Below, one piece after another: positions 38,900-51,318 of a stretch of 64,000 bases of DNA; the first letter of the stretch is position 1, and every line of letters begins with the position of its first letter. The position numbers were made by a program, and so were the translations under genes. This stretch comes from Centroscyllium fabricii. Its lineage: Eukaryota. The notes under the pieces are model-generated. The model was given only the letters and a program-made list of their open reading frames with translations, did no database searches and was not told where the DNA came from. The stretch covers positions 24,180,001-24,244,000 of the forward strand of contig JBNRSN020000029.1 of the NCBI GenBank assembly GCA_051313645.2, read 5' to 3'.

Positions 38900-39375
38900 T
38901 GTAACGGTTGTAGGTTGGGCCCAAATGCAATACACCGAAACAGCCACGTAGAAGTAAACTCCTTTATTTCTGAGCAGTAGAAGACATAGGCAACAGTGGG
39001 TCAATATATCGGCAGAAGGTTCACGGAGGCAACAAGTCCAAAACAGAGGTCAGGCAGAAGAGAATCCAAATACCAAAAACAGGTCAATACCGGGTAGTCC
39101 GTCCACGAGAGCGACAAATCCAAAACGAGGTCAGCAGAAGAGAATCCAAATTTCAGAAAGCAGGTCAGTATCTTCAACAGGCAGGATCAGAGAGCTAGAA
39201 CTACACACAGGTGTCACAGTCAGAAAGAACAACGATCTGGCAACCACTAGGTAGAAAGCAGGAGCTTATATACAGCTCTTGATTATCACTGGTGAATCTG
39301 GTCTGTTCAATCAGGTGCGGGCAGTAGAGCTAACGAGGTGATAACCAGTTCAAGGGGAAGAACCAGCCTATGACA
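38900..39375 (-). mobile_element. Solo LTR of the Gypsy family at 43924-49433
   Basis: Near-identical to those LTRs; TSD GCCAT/GCCTT. Confidence 0.93.
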
Positions 39376-39949
39376 GCCTTTCTGCTTTCAGATGACCAAG
39401 ATCTGCCACCCGCATAGCCTGTCCCCGAAGTAATGGAGAGTGGAGATGATGAAGATGCCCCACCACACGTCAGTGCATCTGACACTCAGACACCAGCTCA
39501 GAAACTGTCACTGTGTGGAATGTAGAGGGTAATATAGATGTGGGATCTGCACATGGTTAAAAGAAGCACACACACAAAAACATGTAGACACTGCCAAGCA
39601 TAAACGTCCAGAATGACAGAACACATGCACGTCCCGGTAGGCGCACACAGACTCAGCAAGAGGGAAATGGTTAAGGTTGTACGTGGATTGAAATCAGTTC
39701 GAGAGAGTGAGATTTTAAACAGGCTTCTGAAGGCACTTGTTCAACACGTAGAAGCCTGTCTTCCAATTTTGCGCCGAGTGTGGTACAAATCTGACATCTC
39801 ACCAAGGACTGTTTGAAATTCCCCACATTCGTTTTACACAAGAGCTTCGGTAGGGGTGAAAGGGCAGAGTTTTGACCCTCTGTGACATCAGTACATTGCT
39901 GAAGAAGATTGTTTCGAGTGCTGTACCGTGAGTTTTCAGAATTTACTAT

Positions 39950-41210
39950 CGAATTCCATAGTATTTACAGCACAGAAACAGGCCAGTCAGCCCAACATGT
40001 CCATGCCGGTGTTTATGCTCCACCCTGAGCCTACTCCCACCTTAATTCTCCTAACCCTCCCATCATATCCTTCTATTCCTTTCTCCCTCATGTACTTGTC
40101 TAGCTTACCCTGAAAGACACTCTGCTATTCACCACAACTACTCTATGTGACAGCAAGCTCTACATTCTAACCACTCTCTGGGTCAAGAAGATTCTCCTGA
40201 ATTTCTCATTGGATTTATTAATGACTATCTTATGTTTATGACCCCTAGTTTTGGACTCTCCACAAGTGCTAACATCTTTTCTACATCTACCCCATCAAAC
40301 CCCTTCATAATTATAAAGATCTCTATGTCTATTAGATCATCGCTCAGCCTTCTATTTTCTAGAGAAAGAGCCCCAGCGTGTTCAGTCATTCTGGATGCTT
40401 AGAATCCCTGAGTTCTGGTATAATGCTTGTAAATCCTTTTTGCTCCTTCGACAGTTTCTCGGTATATTTTCATAAAGGGAGACCAGAATTGTACACAGCA
40501 CTCCACGTGGGGTCTAACCAAGGTTCGATACACGTTTAACATAATTTGCAATTCTCTTACTCTAGAAAAGCACTGGAGACCCGGGTTCAAATCCAGCCTC
40601 GGGTACTATCTGTGTGGAGTTTGCACATTCTCCCCGTGTCTGCGTGGGTTTCCTCCGGGTGCTCCGGTTTCCTCCCACAGTCCAAAGATGTGCGGGTTAG
40701 GTTGATTGGCCAGGATAAATTGACCCTTAGTGTTAGGGGGATTGAATATGTGGGGTTACGGGGATGGGGTGGGATGTGTGTCGGTGTAGGCTTGAGAGGG
40801 ATATGGGGAGCGGTCAGGGGCGGGGTACTGGGTTTGGATGATCAGCCATGATCTCACTGAATGGCGGAGCAGGCTCGAAGGGCCAAATGGCCTACTCCTG
40901 CTCCTATCTTCTATGCCTATGTCTATGTCTATGGCCTTGTTAACCTTGTTTAATGATTTGTGCATGTATCCCTCTCGATCCTTTTGCTCCTCTACCCCAT
41001 TTAGACACTGACTATCCAAGAATTTGGCCTCCTTATTCCTCCTAATAAAATACACCACCTCACACCTCTCCTTTTGAAATTAATTTGCCATTTACACACC
41101 CATCATCCAAGTTTATTAACATCTTGTATTGTATCAAAATCCTCCTCAGTATTAATTAAAACACATTAGGTGTCATCCACAAATTTTGAAATTGTACCAA
41201 CAATTCCAAG
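39950..41210 (-). mobile_element. CR1 fragment split by a SINE
   Basis: RPHVECCVQFWSP and related motifs. Confidence 0.8.
40568..40932 (+). mobile_element. HE1/V-SINE-like SINE, 5'-truncated
   Basis: Core and tail, ending in (CTATGT)n. Confidence 0.85.
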
Positions 41211-41489
41211 TAAACATATTAGTGCCTCAATCTCTTCCTTGCTTCATTCAGTTTGTGTGAAGTAATACATCCAGATCGGCCCCTAGGAATGGCAGAAAAT
41301 GCCTCAGTTTTTAACCTGGTTTTGAATGTTGAGGGTTGCTGCTTCTACCACCCTTCAGGCAATGAGTTCCAGATTCCAAACATCCTCTGGGTGACAACGA
41401 TTTTCCTCAAATCCCCTCTAAACCTCCTGACCCTTATCTTGAAACTATGCCCCCTGTCTATTTTTTTTAATTCATTGATGGGATAATGG

Positions 41490-41935
41490 GGTCGCTGACT
41501 GGCTAGGCCTGCATTTAGTGCCCATCCCTAATTGCCCTTGAGAAGATGGTGGTGAGCCGCCTTCTTGAACCGCTGCAGTCCATATGGTGTAGGTACACAC
41601 ACAATGTTGTTAGGAAGGGAGTTCCAGGATTTTGGCCCAGCGACAGTGAAGGAGCGGCGATACAGGTCCAAGTCAGGATGGTGTGTGGCTTGGAGGGGAA
41701 CTTGTAGGTGGTGCTGTTCCCATGCGTCTGCTGCCCTTGTCCTTCTAAGTGGTAGAGGTCGCGGGTTTGGAAGGTGCTGTTGAAGGAGCTTTGGCGAGTT
41801 GCTGCAGTGCATCTTGTAGATGGTACATACTGCAACCACAGTGCGCCGGTGGTGGAGGGAGTTAATGTTGAAGGTGGTGGATGGAGTGCCAATCAAGCGG
41901 CCTGCTTTGTCCTGAATTGTGTCGAGCTTCTTGAC
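41490..41935 (-). mobile_element. Non-LTR retrotransposon 3' fragment (CR1/L2 group)
   Basis: SLHHRRTV..IYKMHC..SWNSLP..LQRFKKAAHHHL. Confidence 0.8.
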
Positions 41936-43007
41936 TGTACTCAGTGTCTGCCTTTTTCTTTCATTTTGATGTTGCCTTCATCTCTGTTCTTCCCTGGTGT
42001 TTCATCGTTGGTTAGTTTGATCTTGTTTCTTTTAGTGGAATATATTTCTCCTGAACTCCATTGATCACCTTTTTAAATATTTCCCACTGCTGTTTTATCT
42101 CTTTGTCTCTTCTGTTACAGTTTATCTTCACTAGCTCCATTTACATCCCCTCAATCAGTTTTTTCCAAACGATTATTTTTGTGTTCCTCAATCATTATTA
42201 CGATGCTCTGCTCGATACTCTCCAGAGCTTCACCTAAGTTTACTTCCTTTATCTGCTCTGGTCCATTTCCCATTATAGATCCATCAATGATCCTCTCTTG
42301 TTGGGCTTCTTACACACTGGGTAAGAAAGGTGTCCTGAACACACTAAACACTCCAGTCCCTTTTCCCCTTTCGTTATCTCTGCTTGACAGATTATTTGGT
42401 GTTGTTGAAATCTCCTATGATTATTAGATGTATTTTACACATTTTATAGATTTGCTGACATTTTTCCTTCAGTTCCCTTCCACTGTTATGTAATCAGTAA
42501 AACAACCTTTTCAGCTTTATTTTAACCTGCCATGGATACCTACTCTCCCAAGGCATCTGTGTCCTATGAAAATACGCTCAGCAGATCAGCAGGAATCGCT
42601 TGCCAATTTTTCACACATTTCAGATACCCTTACAAAATGACCTAACCGATTCAATAACAGAGACAGGCTGACAAAAATCTTAAAAAACAAGGACCAGTAG
42701 ATTTACAGAGAGGAGCACATCGTAGGCAAAGTGCACACAAGCGGCCGTAGACGTCACTGGACGGTGACATGTAATAAAATGAATTGAGGAGTGGGCTGAA
42801 TGAGATGTGGCGGCAGAGGTGCAGCAGAAGTTAGAACCAAAAGCAAGCTTCCCTCTGGATCATCACCAGGTCTGGCAAATCCTGGAGAGGTCCTTTTAAA
42901 ACTGGGGGTGAAGAAGCAGTGACCAGCTCATGTAATGTGTTCAGAGCACAGGCCAGGCTATGTGTTGAAGTGGTTGTGTTCAGAGAGTGCTGTTACGTGA
43001 TAAATCT

Positions 43008-43095
43008 AAGAAGTCACACAACACCAGGTTATATTCCAACAGTTTTATTTTAAATCACAAGCTTTCGGAGCGTTGCTGCTTCGTCAGGTGAAAGA
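43008..43095 (-). ncRNA. Penelope pLTR piece with minimal hammerhead (43055-43091)
   Basis: TCAC CTGACGA AGCAGC AAC GCTCC GAAA GCTT GTGA. Confidence 0.65.
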
Positions 43096-43119
43096 GAAGT
43101 TGATTTAAAGAATCTAGAC

Positions 43120-43460
43120 TGAGAAGGTAGAAACTGAAAGAGAGAGGAGGGTGCAGATGGAGAGAGGGGAAGGGAGGCTGACAGTCAAAAAGAGGGAACA
43201 AGTGGAAGTGAAGACAAAGGCTGAAAGAGTAAAACACAGCGAGGCAAAGATAACGATGAGAGACTTGGAGCAAGGATGACTGAGAGACAGAGAGAGAGAG
43301 AAATAAAGGAAATGAGCTGGGGAGCAACAGAGCCAGACAGAGGAAGAAGCAGAGCAGAGGTAGAGCAAGGTTGAAGAGAGAGAGAGAGAGAGAGAGCGAA
43401 AGCAAGAGTGTGAGGCATAGCAAAAGAGAAAGAGGCAGACAGAGACCGAAAGAGATTTCA
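43120..43460. repeat. GA-rich low-complexity tract
   Basis: (GA)n; paralogous tract at ~51965-52430. Confidence 0.85.
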
Positions 43461-43674
43461 TTTTAAATCGCTCCTTCTCTCTTCAGTTCAATATTTCTCA
43501 AAGTTTTGTTCCTCTATAATATAAGAGCACTGCCAGGGTCTAATCACTAACTTTAAAGCAATGAGATTTTGTTCAGTCAGAACAGGTTTTGAGACTGGAA
43601 CTGACTTCAGAGCAGGGTGGTCCAGCAGATCTGAGTTATACTGCCAGCTTCACATGGGTCTCTGGTCAAACGCC

Positions 43675-43923
43675 CTCTAAACCGTCCCATCAAACACTCC
43701 CAGCGCAGGTACAGTGCGGATTAGATACAAGGTAAAGCTCTCTCTACACTGTCCCATCAAACACTCCCAGGGCAGGTACAGTGCGGATTAGATACAGAGT
43801 AAAGCTCCCTCTACACTGTCCCATCAAACACTCCCAGGGCAGGTACAGCACAGGTTAGATACAGAGTAAAGCTCCCTCTACACTGTCCCATCAGACTCGC
43901 ACAGGACAGGTATAGCGCGGGTT
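43675..43923 (+). repeat. ~66-bp tandem repeat, continuing at 49434-49510; single unit at ~35260-35355
   Basis: GGTTAGATACAGAGTAAAGCTCCCTCTACACTGTCCCATCAAACACTCCCAGGGCAGGTACAG units. Confidence 0.9.
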
Positions 43924-46900
43924 TGTAATGGTTGTAGGTGGGGCCCAAATGCAATACACCGAAACAGCATACATAGAAGTAAACTCCTTTATTTCTGAGC
44001 AGTAGAAGACATAGTTAACAGTGGGTCGATATATAGGCAGAAGTTCACGGAGGCAACAAGTCCAAAACAGAGGTCAGGCAGAAGAGAATCCAAATACCAA
44101 AAACAGGTCAATACCGGGTAGTCAGACCACGAGAGCGACAAATCCAAAACGAGGTCAGGCAGAAGAGAATCCAAATTCCAGAAAGCAGGTCAGTATCTCG
44201 AACAGGCAGGATCAGAGAGCTTAGAACAAAACACAGATATCTCCGTCAGAAAGCACAAACGATCTGGCAACCACTAGGTAGAAAGCTGGAGCTTATATAC
44301 AGCTCTTGATTATCACTGGTGACTCTGGGCTCTTCAATCAGGTGTGGGCAGTAGAGCTAACGAGGTGATAACCAGCTAAAGTGGAAGAGCCAACCTATGA
44401 GTTAAAGGGGAAGAGCCAACCTACGACAGAACCCCCTCCCTCAAGGGACGGCTCCCGACGTCCCAAACCCCAAATGCGGAGTCGGGTGGGCGGAGGGGGT
44501 GTGGAGGAGGGAATAATATTCCCCGGAACCCTCATCCACGTCCATTTCATCAATTGAATAATGGGAATTCTCCTCATCAGAGGATTGCACCTCCTCGTCC
44601 AGGGTTTCAGGAGAATGCACGGAACTGGTCCCATGCCCAGGTTTCCCAGGGGGCGCAGTCCTCCTACTCGGTTGGTCGAGGTGCCTTCTGTGGAAGTCGG
44701 CCATAAGCTGAGGATCAACAATGTGACGAGCAGGAACGCAGGACCTCTCCTCTGGATCATACCCCTCCCAGTCCACCAGGTACTGAAGTCCTCTTCCTCA
44801 GCGACGGGATTGAAGCAGGCGGCGAACAGTGTAGACCAACCCCCCGTCGAGCATACGAGGAGGCGGAGGGGGCGTGGCAACAGGCACCAATGCACTCTCT
44901 CATGCTGGGTTGACCCGCGACACATGAAAAGTGGGATGAACCCGCATGGATCGAGGAAGCTTGAGTCTCACTGCCGCTGGGTTGATGACCTTCTGGATCT
45001 CGAAGGGACCGATAAACCTGGGAGCTAGCTTCTTAGACTCCACCTGGAGGGGCAGGTCCTTAGTGGAGAGCCACACCATCTGACCAGCCTGCTAGGTAGG
45101 AGCCTCCGAGCGACGACGTTTGGCAGCGGCAGAGTAGCGGTCCGCTGAGCGAAGCAACGAAGTCCGTGCCTGGGCCCATGTCCGGCGACAACGATGAATA
45201 AATGACTAGACGGACGGACAGGAAACCTCCCTCTCCAGGTCCGGAAACAATGGGGGCTGGAACCCATAGGCCCACTGGAACGGGGAGAGTCCGCTGGCAG
45301 AACTGGTCAGGGTGTTGTGGGAGTACTCTACCCACAGGAGTAACTGGGACCAGGAAGAGGGATTCTGGGAGACCATGCATGGTAGAGCCTTCTCCATCTC
45401 CTGATTCATGCGTTCAGACTGCCCATTTTACTGCGGATGAAAACCTGAAGACAGACTGACTGTGGCCCCGATCAGCCTGCAGAACTCCCTCCAGAATACG
45501 GACGTAAACTGTATACCCCGATCAGAGACTACGTCGACAGGAAGACCATGAAGACGGAAAACATGTTGCAGCATAAGTTCAGCCGTCTCCTTCGCCGATG
45601 GCAGTTTAGAAAGTGGTATGAAATGAGCCATCTTGCTGAATCGGTCCACCACTGTCAGGATAGTGGTTAGTCCCTTGGATGGAGGCAGACCGGTAACAAA
45701 GTCCAAGGATATGTGGGTCCAAGGACGATGTGGCACCGGCAGAGGTTGCAGGAGACCAGCGGGAGCCCGACGAGACGGCTTGTGTTGGTTGCAGACCGAG
45801 CAGGCTTTGACAAACTCCCGGGTGTCTTCTTCCAGAGTATCCCACCAGAACCTCCGCAGAATAACCACTTTGGTCCTTTGAGCCACCGGATGGCAGGAAA
45901 GCTTCGAAGCATGGGCCCACTGGAGGACATCAGGTCGAAGGTCCTTGGGAACGAATAGACGGTCGGGAGGACAACCGCTGTGTCCAGACTGATTCTGCAC
46001 GGCTGATCTCACCCTCTCCTCGATCTCCCACGTAACGGCAGCAATCAGACATGGAGCTGGAAGGATGAGGTCAGATCCAGGAGCGGAACTCTCCTCCTTC
46101 TGGAACTGGCGGGACAGAGCATCAGGCTTGACATTGCGAGAACCAGGCCGGTAAGAGAGGGTGAAGTTGAAATGGGTAAAGAAGAGGGACCACCTAGCCT
46201 GCCGTGAATTCACCCTCTTGGCCGTACGAATGTATTCGATGTTCTTATGGTCTGTCCAGACTCGGAGCGGCAGCTTGGTCCCCACTAGCCAATGGCGCCA
46301 CTCCTCCAATGCCATCTTGACCGCCAGTAACTCCCAGTTCCCGATGTCATAATTCATCTCAGCCGAGGACAGGCATTTAGAAAAATAGGCACAGCGATTT
46401 AGCTTTTGGTCGGAAGCAGAACGTTGGGACAGAATAGACCCTACTCCAACATCAGATGCGTCCACATCTACCACGAACTGCTGATCCGGATCAGGCACCT
46501 GGATAATGGGAGCAGAGGTGAACCGGGACCGGAGACGTCGAAAAGCCTCCTCTGCTGCGCAAGACCACAGAAACGGCACCTTAGAGGAGGTAAGGGCCGA
46601 TAAAGGGGCCGCTACCATGCTGTAGCCGCGAATGAACCTTCGATAGATGTTAGCGAACCCCAGGAACCGCTGTAGCTGTTAACGTGTCTCCGGAATAGGC
46701 CAAGACATGACAGCTGACACCTTCTCTGGATCCATCTGCATGCTCCCCAGTGCAATGATGTACCCCAAGAAAGATACGGTAGTGACATGAAACTCACACT
46801 TCTCCGCCTTCACAAATAACGAGTTCTCGAGAAGCCATTGCAGGACAGTCTGGACATGGTGAACATGCTCCTCACGAGACTTAGAAAAATCAAAACGTCG

Positions 46901-49433
46901 TCCATGTAAACGAACACGAACCGGTTCAGCATGTCTCTTAACATGTCATTCACCAAGGCTTGGAATACAGCCGGGCCATTGGTTAACCCGAACGGCATTA
47001 CGAGGTATTCATAATGACCAGAGGGAGTGTTGAAAGCTGTCTTCCATTCATCGCCCTCTCGGATCTGGACCAGGTGATAGGCGTTATGAAGGTCAAGCTT
47101 GGTAAAGATGATCGCACCCTGTAGCAACTCAAAGGCAGAAGAGATGAGAGGATGATGTCATTTAGGCCCCTGTAGTCGATGCATGGTCGCAGCGACCCGT
47201 CCTCCTTACCAACAAAAAAGAATCGAGCCCCAGCAGGTGATGAAGAGGAAGGGATGATCCCCGCCGCCATAGAGTCGCTGAGGTACGTATCCATGGCATC
47301 CCTCTCAGGTTAAGACAAGGAATACAGGCGTCCCTTTGGTGGGGAAGACCCTGGCAGCAGATCAATGGCGCAGTCATAGGGGCGATGTGGAGGCAGCGAC
47401 GTGGCTCTAGCCTTGCTGAATACCTCCCTAAAATCGTGGTATTCAGTAGGGATGACCGAAAGATCTGGAGCGGGAAGAGGTGTTAATTGCTGTCGGGAGA
47501 TGGTATCCTGTTTCAGGCAGTCCTGGTGACAGGAGGAACTCCACCCCAGAATATTTCCCGTGCTCCAGTCAATGTGGGGGTGGTGGCGGTGAAGCTAAGT
47601 ATGTCCCAGAATCAAAGGAAGCTGAGGTGATTTCAGGATATGAAACTGAATACTTTCATAATGATTACCAGACATAAGCATGTGAACTGGTGAGGTCTGA
47701 TGTGTCACCGTTCCCAGCAGGTTACCGTCGAGGGCGTTGGCAGGTACCGGCTGTGGCAGTGGAACCCGGTCAATCTCCAGCTGCGTGACAAGCTCCTCAT
47801 CAATAACATTAACGTCGGCTCCAGAGTCAACAAAGGTGGCGAGAGTCTGGAAACCACTGGGAAGAAGACGTCTGACCTGCCACAAGGGTCGTGTATTGGG
47901 AGAGAGTCTTGTAGGAGTTCGGCTCACCAGTACGACCCCATCTACTGGTGAGCCCGGCCTTTTGCTGGGCATCGGGAAACAAATTGGCCGGCCTAACCAC
48001 AGTACAGACAGAGATTCCCCTGGCGGCGTCGTTCATGCTCCTCTAATGAGAGACTGGTGCGACCCAACTGCATCGGTTCGGGCCCCGCTGACTGTGACCT
48101 TGCTGTAGCAGTAGACCTGGGTGCCACGAAATTCTCTTGAGACCGTTTCGGAGGAGATCGACCAGTCGTTCTCAGTCGTCTCTCACGTCGACACGCCTAG
48201 ATACGGAGGTCAATCCTGGTGGCAAGTCTAATTAGTTCATCCAGGGTGGAAGGGAGATCATAGGAGACCAGTTAATCCTTGATGTACTCTGCAAGCCCAT
48301 GGAGAAAAACGTCACATAATGCAGCAGAGTTCCAATCACTCTGACGAGCTCTGATTCGGAAGTCTATGGAATAGTCGGCCACTCTCTGATTACCCTAGCT
48401 CAGATTCATGAGTCCCCGAGCTGCTTCAGAGCCGTAGGACACCATGCCGAACACCTTTCTTAATTCAATGGCAAACATCTGGAAGGAAGAGCAAGCCAGT
48501 GTCTCTCTCTCCCACTCGGCGGTTCCCCAGAGGCGAGCTCTTCCTGTAAGGTGGTTAAAAACAAAGGCTACCTTTGCCGCCTCATTGGGAAAGCTGTGGG
48601 GCTGCAATGCAAATAGAATGGAACAGTTTGTGAGGAAGAGATTGCATTCCTCAGGTTCCCCAGCATAACGCTCCGGGACCCCGACCCGGGGTTCCTCTGT
48701 GAGGCCTTGTGGGTGAGGCATGGATGCCGACACCGATGCTGGAGCAAGAACTGGTAGTGGTGGGATCCCTTCCACGTCCTTAGCTGCCCGTTAGATCAGG
48801 GCGGCGGTTAGCTGCTCCACTTGAGCAGAAAGCTTCCCCAAGGCCTGCCCCTGGTGCCTTATGGTGGCCTCGACCTGTACAAGACGATCCGGTGTGTCTG
48901 CTGGGTCCATTTCTGGCCAGATCGTACTGTAACGGTTGTAGGTTGGGCCCAAATGCAATACACCGAAACAGCATATGTAGAAGTAAACTCCTTTATTTCT
49001 GAGCAGTAGAAGACATAGCTAACAGTGGGTCGATATATAGGCAGAAAGTTCACGGAGGCAACACGTCCAAAACAGAGGTCAGGCAGAAGAGAATCCAAAT
49101 ACCAAAAACAGGTCAATACCGGGTAGTCCGTCCACGAGAGCGACAAATCCAAAACGAGGTCAGGCAGAAGAGAATCCAAATTCCAGAAAGCAGGTCAGTA
49201 TCTCGAACAGGCAAGATCAGAGAGCTTAGAACAAAACACAGGTATCTCCGTCAGAAAGCACAAACGATCTGGCAACCACGAGGTAGAAAGCAGGAGCTTA
49301 TATACAGCTCTTGATTATCACTGGTGACTCTGGGCTGTTCAATCAGGTGCGGGCAGTAGAGCTAACGAGGTGATAATCAGTTAAAGGGGAAGAGCCAACC
49401 TATGAGTTAAAGGGGAAGAGCCAACCTATGAGA
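43924..49433 (-). mobile_element. Full-length Ty3/Gypsy chromovirus (Tf1/sushi-like); LTRs 43924-44428 and 48928-49433
   Basis: TSD GGGTT; PPT GAGGGAGGGGGTTC; gag-PR-RT-RH-IN-chromo order. Confidence 0.97.
44441..48910 (-). pseudogene. Gypsy gag-pol, disrupted by frameshifts and stops
   Basis: PERYAG..FL gag, FVDSGA protease, YMDD RT, DASD RNase H, H..H..C..C and DFVTGLP integrase, [10 protein letters not shown] chromodomain. Confidence 0.95.
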
Positions 49434-49589
49434 GGGTTAGATACAGAGTAAAGCTCCCTCTACACGTTCCCATCAAACACGCCCAGGACAAGTACAGCAC
49501 GGGTTAGATGCAGTGTCTGTAAGTCTAATATAGATCATATCTTATTCCAGTCTGCCTCAAGAAACCCATGAACTTGGGGATACAGAGCA

Positions 49590-50430
49590 GAATTTAGAAA
49601 TGTACAGATGACACGAAACTTGGAAGTGTAGTAACGAGTGAGGAAGATAGCAATAAACTTCAAAACGACATAGACAGGATGGAATGGCGGACGAATTTCA
49701 ACGCAGAAAATGTGAGGTGACACTGCTTGGTCAGAAGAATGAGGTGAGACAATACAGGCTAAATGGTCCAATTTTACACGGGGTGCGAGAACAGAGAGAG
49801 CTGGGGTTGGTTGTGCACGAAACTTTGGGGGCAGGACAGGTTAGCAACAGTCAGGAAGTTATGTTAAACTGACATTAAACACTAGTGCGGTCCCAGCTGG
49901 AGTATTGTGTCCAATTCTGGGCCCCACACTTTAGGATGGACGAGAATGATTTGGTACAGAAGAGATTTACTGGAATGATTTCAGGGATGAGGGACGACTG
50001 TTATACGGACAGACTGGAGAAGATGGGGTTTCTCCTTGGAGCGGGGAAGGTCAAGAGGAGATTTGTTGGGTGTTTAAATTCATGAAGGGTTCAGATCGAG
50101 TCAATAATGATAATCTGTTTCTAACGGCTGAAGTGTCGATAACCAGAGGGCACAGACTAAAGGTGATTGGCAAACGAAACAGAGGCGACATGAGGAGAAA
50201 CTTGTTTATGCAACGAGTGGTTAGGATTTAGATTGACTGACTGATCGGGTGCTGGATACAGATTCAATAATAGCCCTCAAAGGGGAATTGGCTAAATACG
50301 TGAAGGAGAAACAATTGCTGTGATCGGGGAAAGAGCGCGGGGAGGGGGCTGGCTGGATTGCTCTTCGAAAGATCCGGTGCAGAGTCAATGGGCCGAAGGG
50401 CTTCCTTCTGGGCTGTATCATTCTCTGAAC
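49590..50430 (+). mobile_element. CR1 3' fragment
   Basis: QLEYCVQFWAPHF motif and tail. Confidence 0.85.
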
Positions 50431-50507
50431 CTGCTTCCTGTAAAGGAAGGTTCCATTCAGTGGGAATGTGGAGAGCTCGGACTGGTGGGAATCCGTCACT
50501 GGATCTT

Positions 50508-50613
50508 TCACCGTTTCGCTCTGCAACATCGAAATCCACCGGGGATGGACAGTGGCACACATTTCTTGTTCGTGTTACAGGGGCCCTTATGATACAGTGT
50601 ACAAAGCCCACTC
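50508..50613 (-). pseudogene. Beta-defensin-like last exon, degenerate paralog 2
   Basis: TTCTTACAG acceptor; ..PCNTNKKCVPLSIPGGFRCCRAKR*; stop and proximal 3'UTR align with 35750-35830. Confidence 0.6.
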
Positions 50614-51057
50614 CTGTAAGAATATCAACCTAATTTTGAATTACTTTTAGTTCGGACAAATAAGGGATTGTTCAGGCAGAGAAATTCTACTCACGCCAAG
50701 GACAACACCCCCTCCCCCTTCACACTGTCCCCCAGGCCCCCTCACCCTCCGCAGAGTATGCGTCACCAGGCCCGGGCAGCCCTCAGTCCCGGGACACTAA
50801 CCCGCAAAACCCGAGGCCGAGGCACATGCTCTTCCCGGCTTCCGCCTTATTCCGTTTTGTCCATTTTTTCCGTTAACCAACTGCCTCCATCCAGGGACTT
50901 GCAATGGACATTACTGTCCGCTCATTCTGTTTGCTGAAAACAGGTGATTAACATCCCGCCCAGCAATCGATGCCCGGTGCACTCGATTCACGCCCGCCCG
51001 CTTCGCTTCATAAATCGAACGTCAGGCAGCTGGGCCTAAGCGCGAGCCAGGCAGAGC

Positions 51058-51318
51058 AAGTGTGACCTCAGTAACCCGGCCACACGGACTGGGTGACCTC
51101 AGTAATCCGGCCACACGGGCTGTGTGACCTCAGTAAACCGGCCACACGGGCTGTGTGACCTCAGTAACCCGCCACTCGGGCAGGGTGATCTCAGTAACCC
51201 GGCCACACAGGCTTTGTGACCTCAGTAACCCGGCCACATGGGCCGTGTGACCTCAGTAACCGGGCCACACGGGCTGTGTGACCTCAGTAACCCGGCCACG
51301 CGAGCTGTGTGACCTCAG
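51058..51318 (+). repeat. ~30-bp minisatellite, about 9 copies
   Basis: GTGTGACCTCAGTAACCCGGCCACACGGGCT units. Confidence 0.93.

Larger units (their letters stand above)
37135..39557 (+). mobile_element. Harbinger relic with spliced Myb/SANT-like ORF, interrupted by CR1 and a solo LTR
   Basis: ATRLSNMALEAL..RRRAVLFLPGGRR, TWIQCRK.FND, GTGAG donor at ~38380, acceptor at ~38606 then KVS..RQTGG. Confidence 0.7.

Noticed and set aside
39719-39760. Hairpin ACAGGCTTCT..AGAAGCCTGT
   Set aside because: Single 10-bp stem with no supporting context; compatible with chance
43055-43461. Leu/Ser-rich ORFs (also 51886-52427, 32915-33219)
   Set aside because: Translations of (CT)n low-complexity sequence
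51058-51318. CRISPR-like 30-bp repeats
   Set aside because: Head-to-tail minisatellite with no spacers
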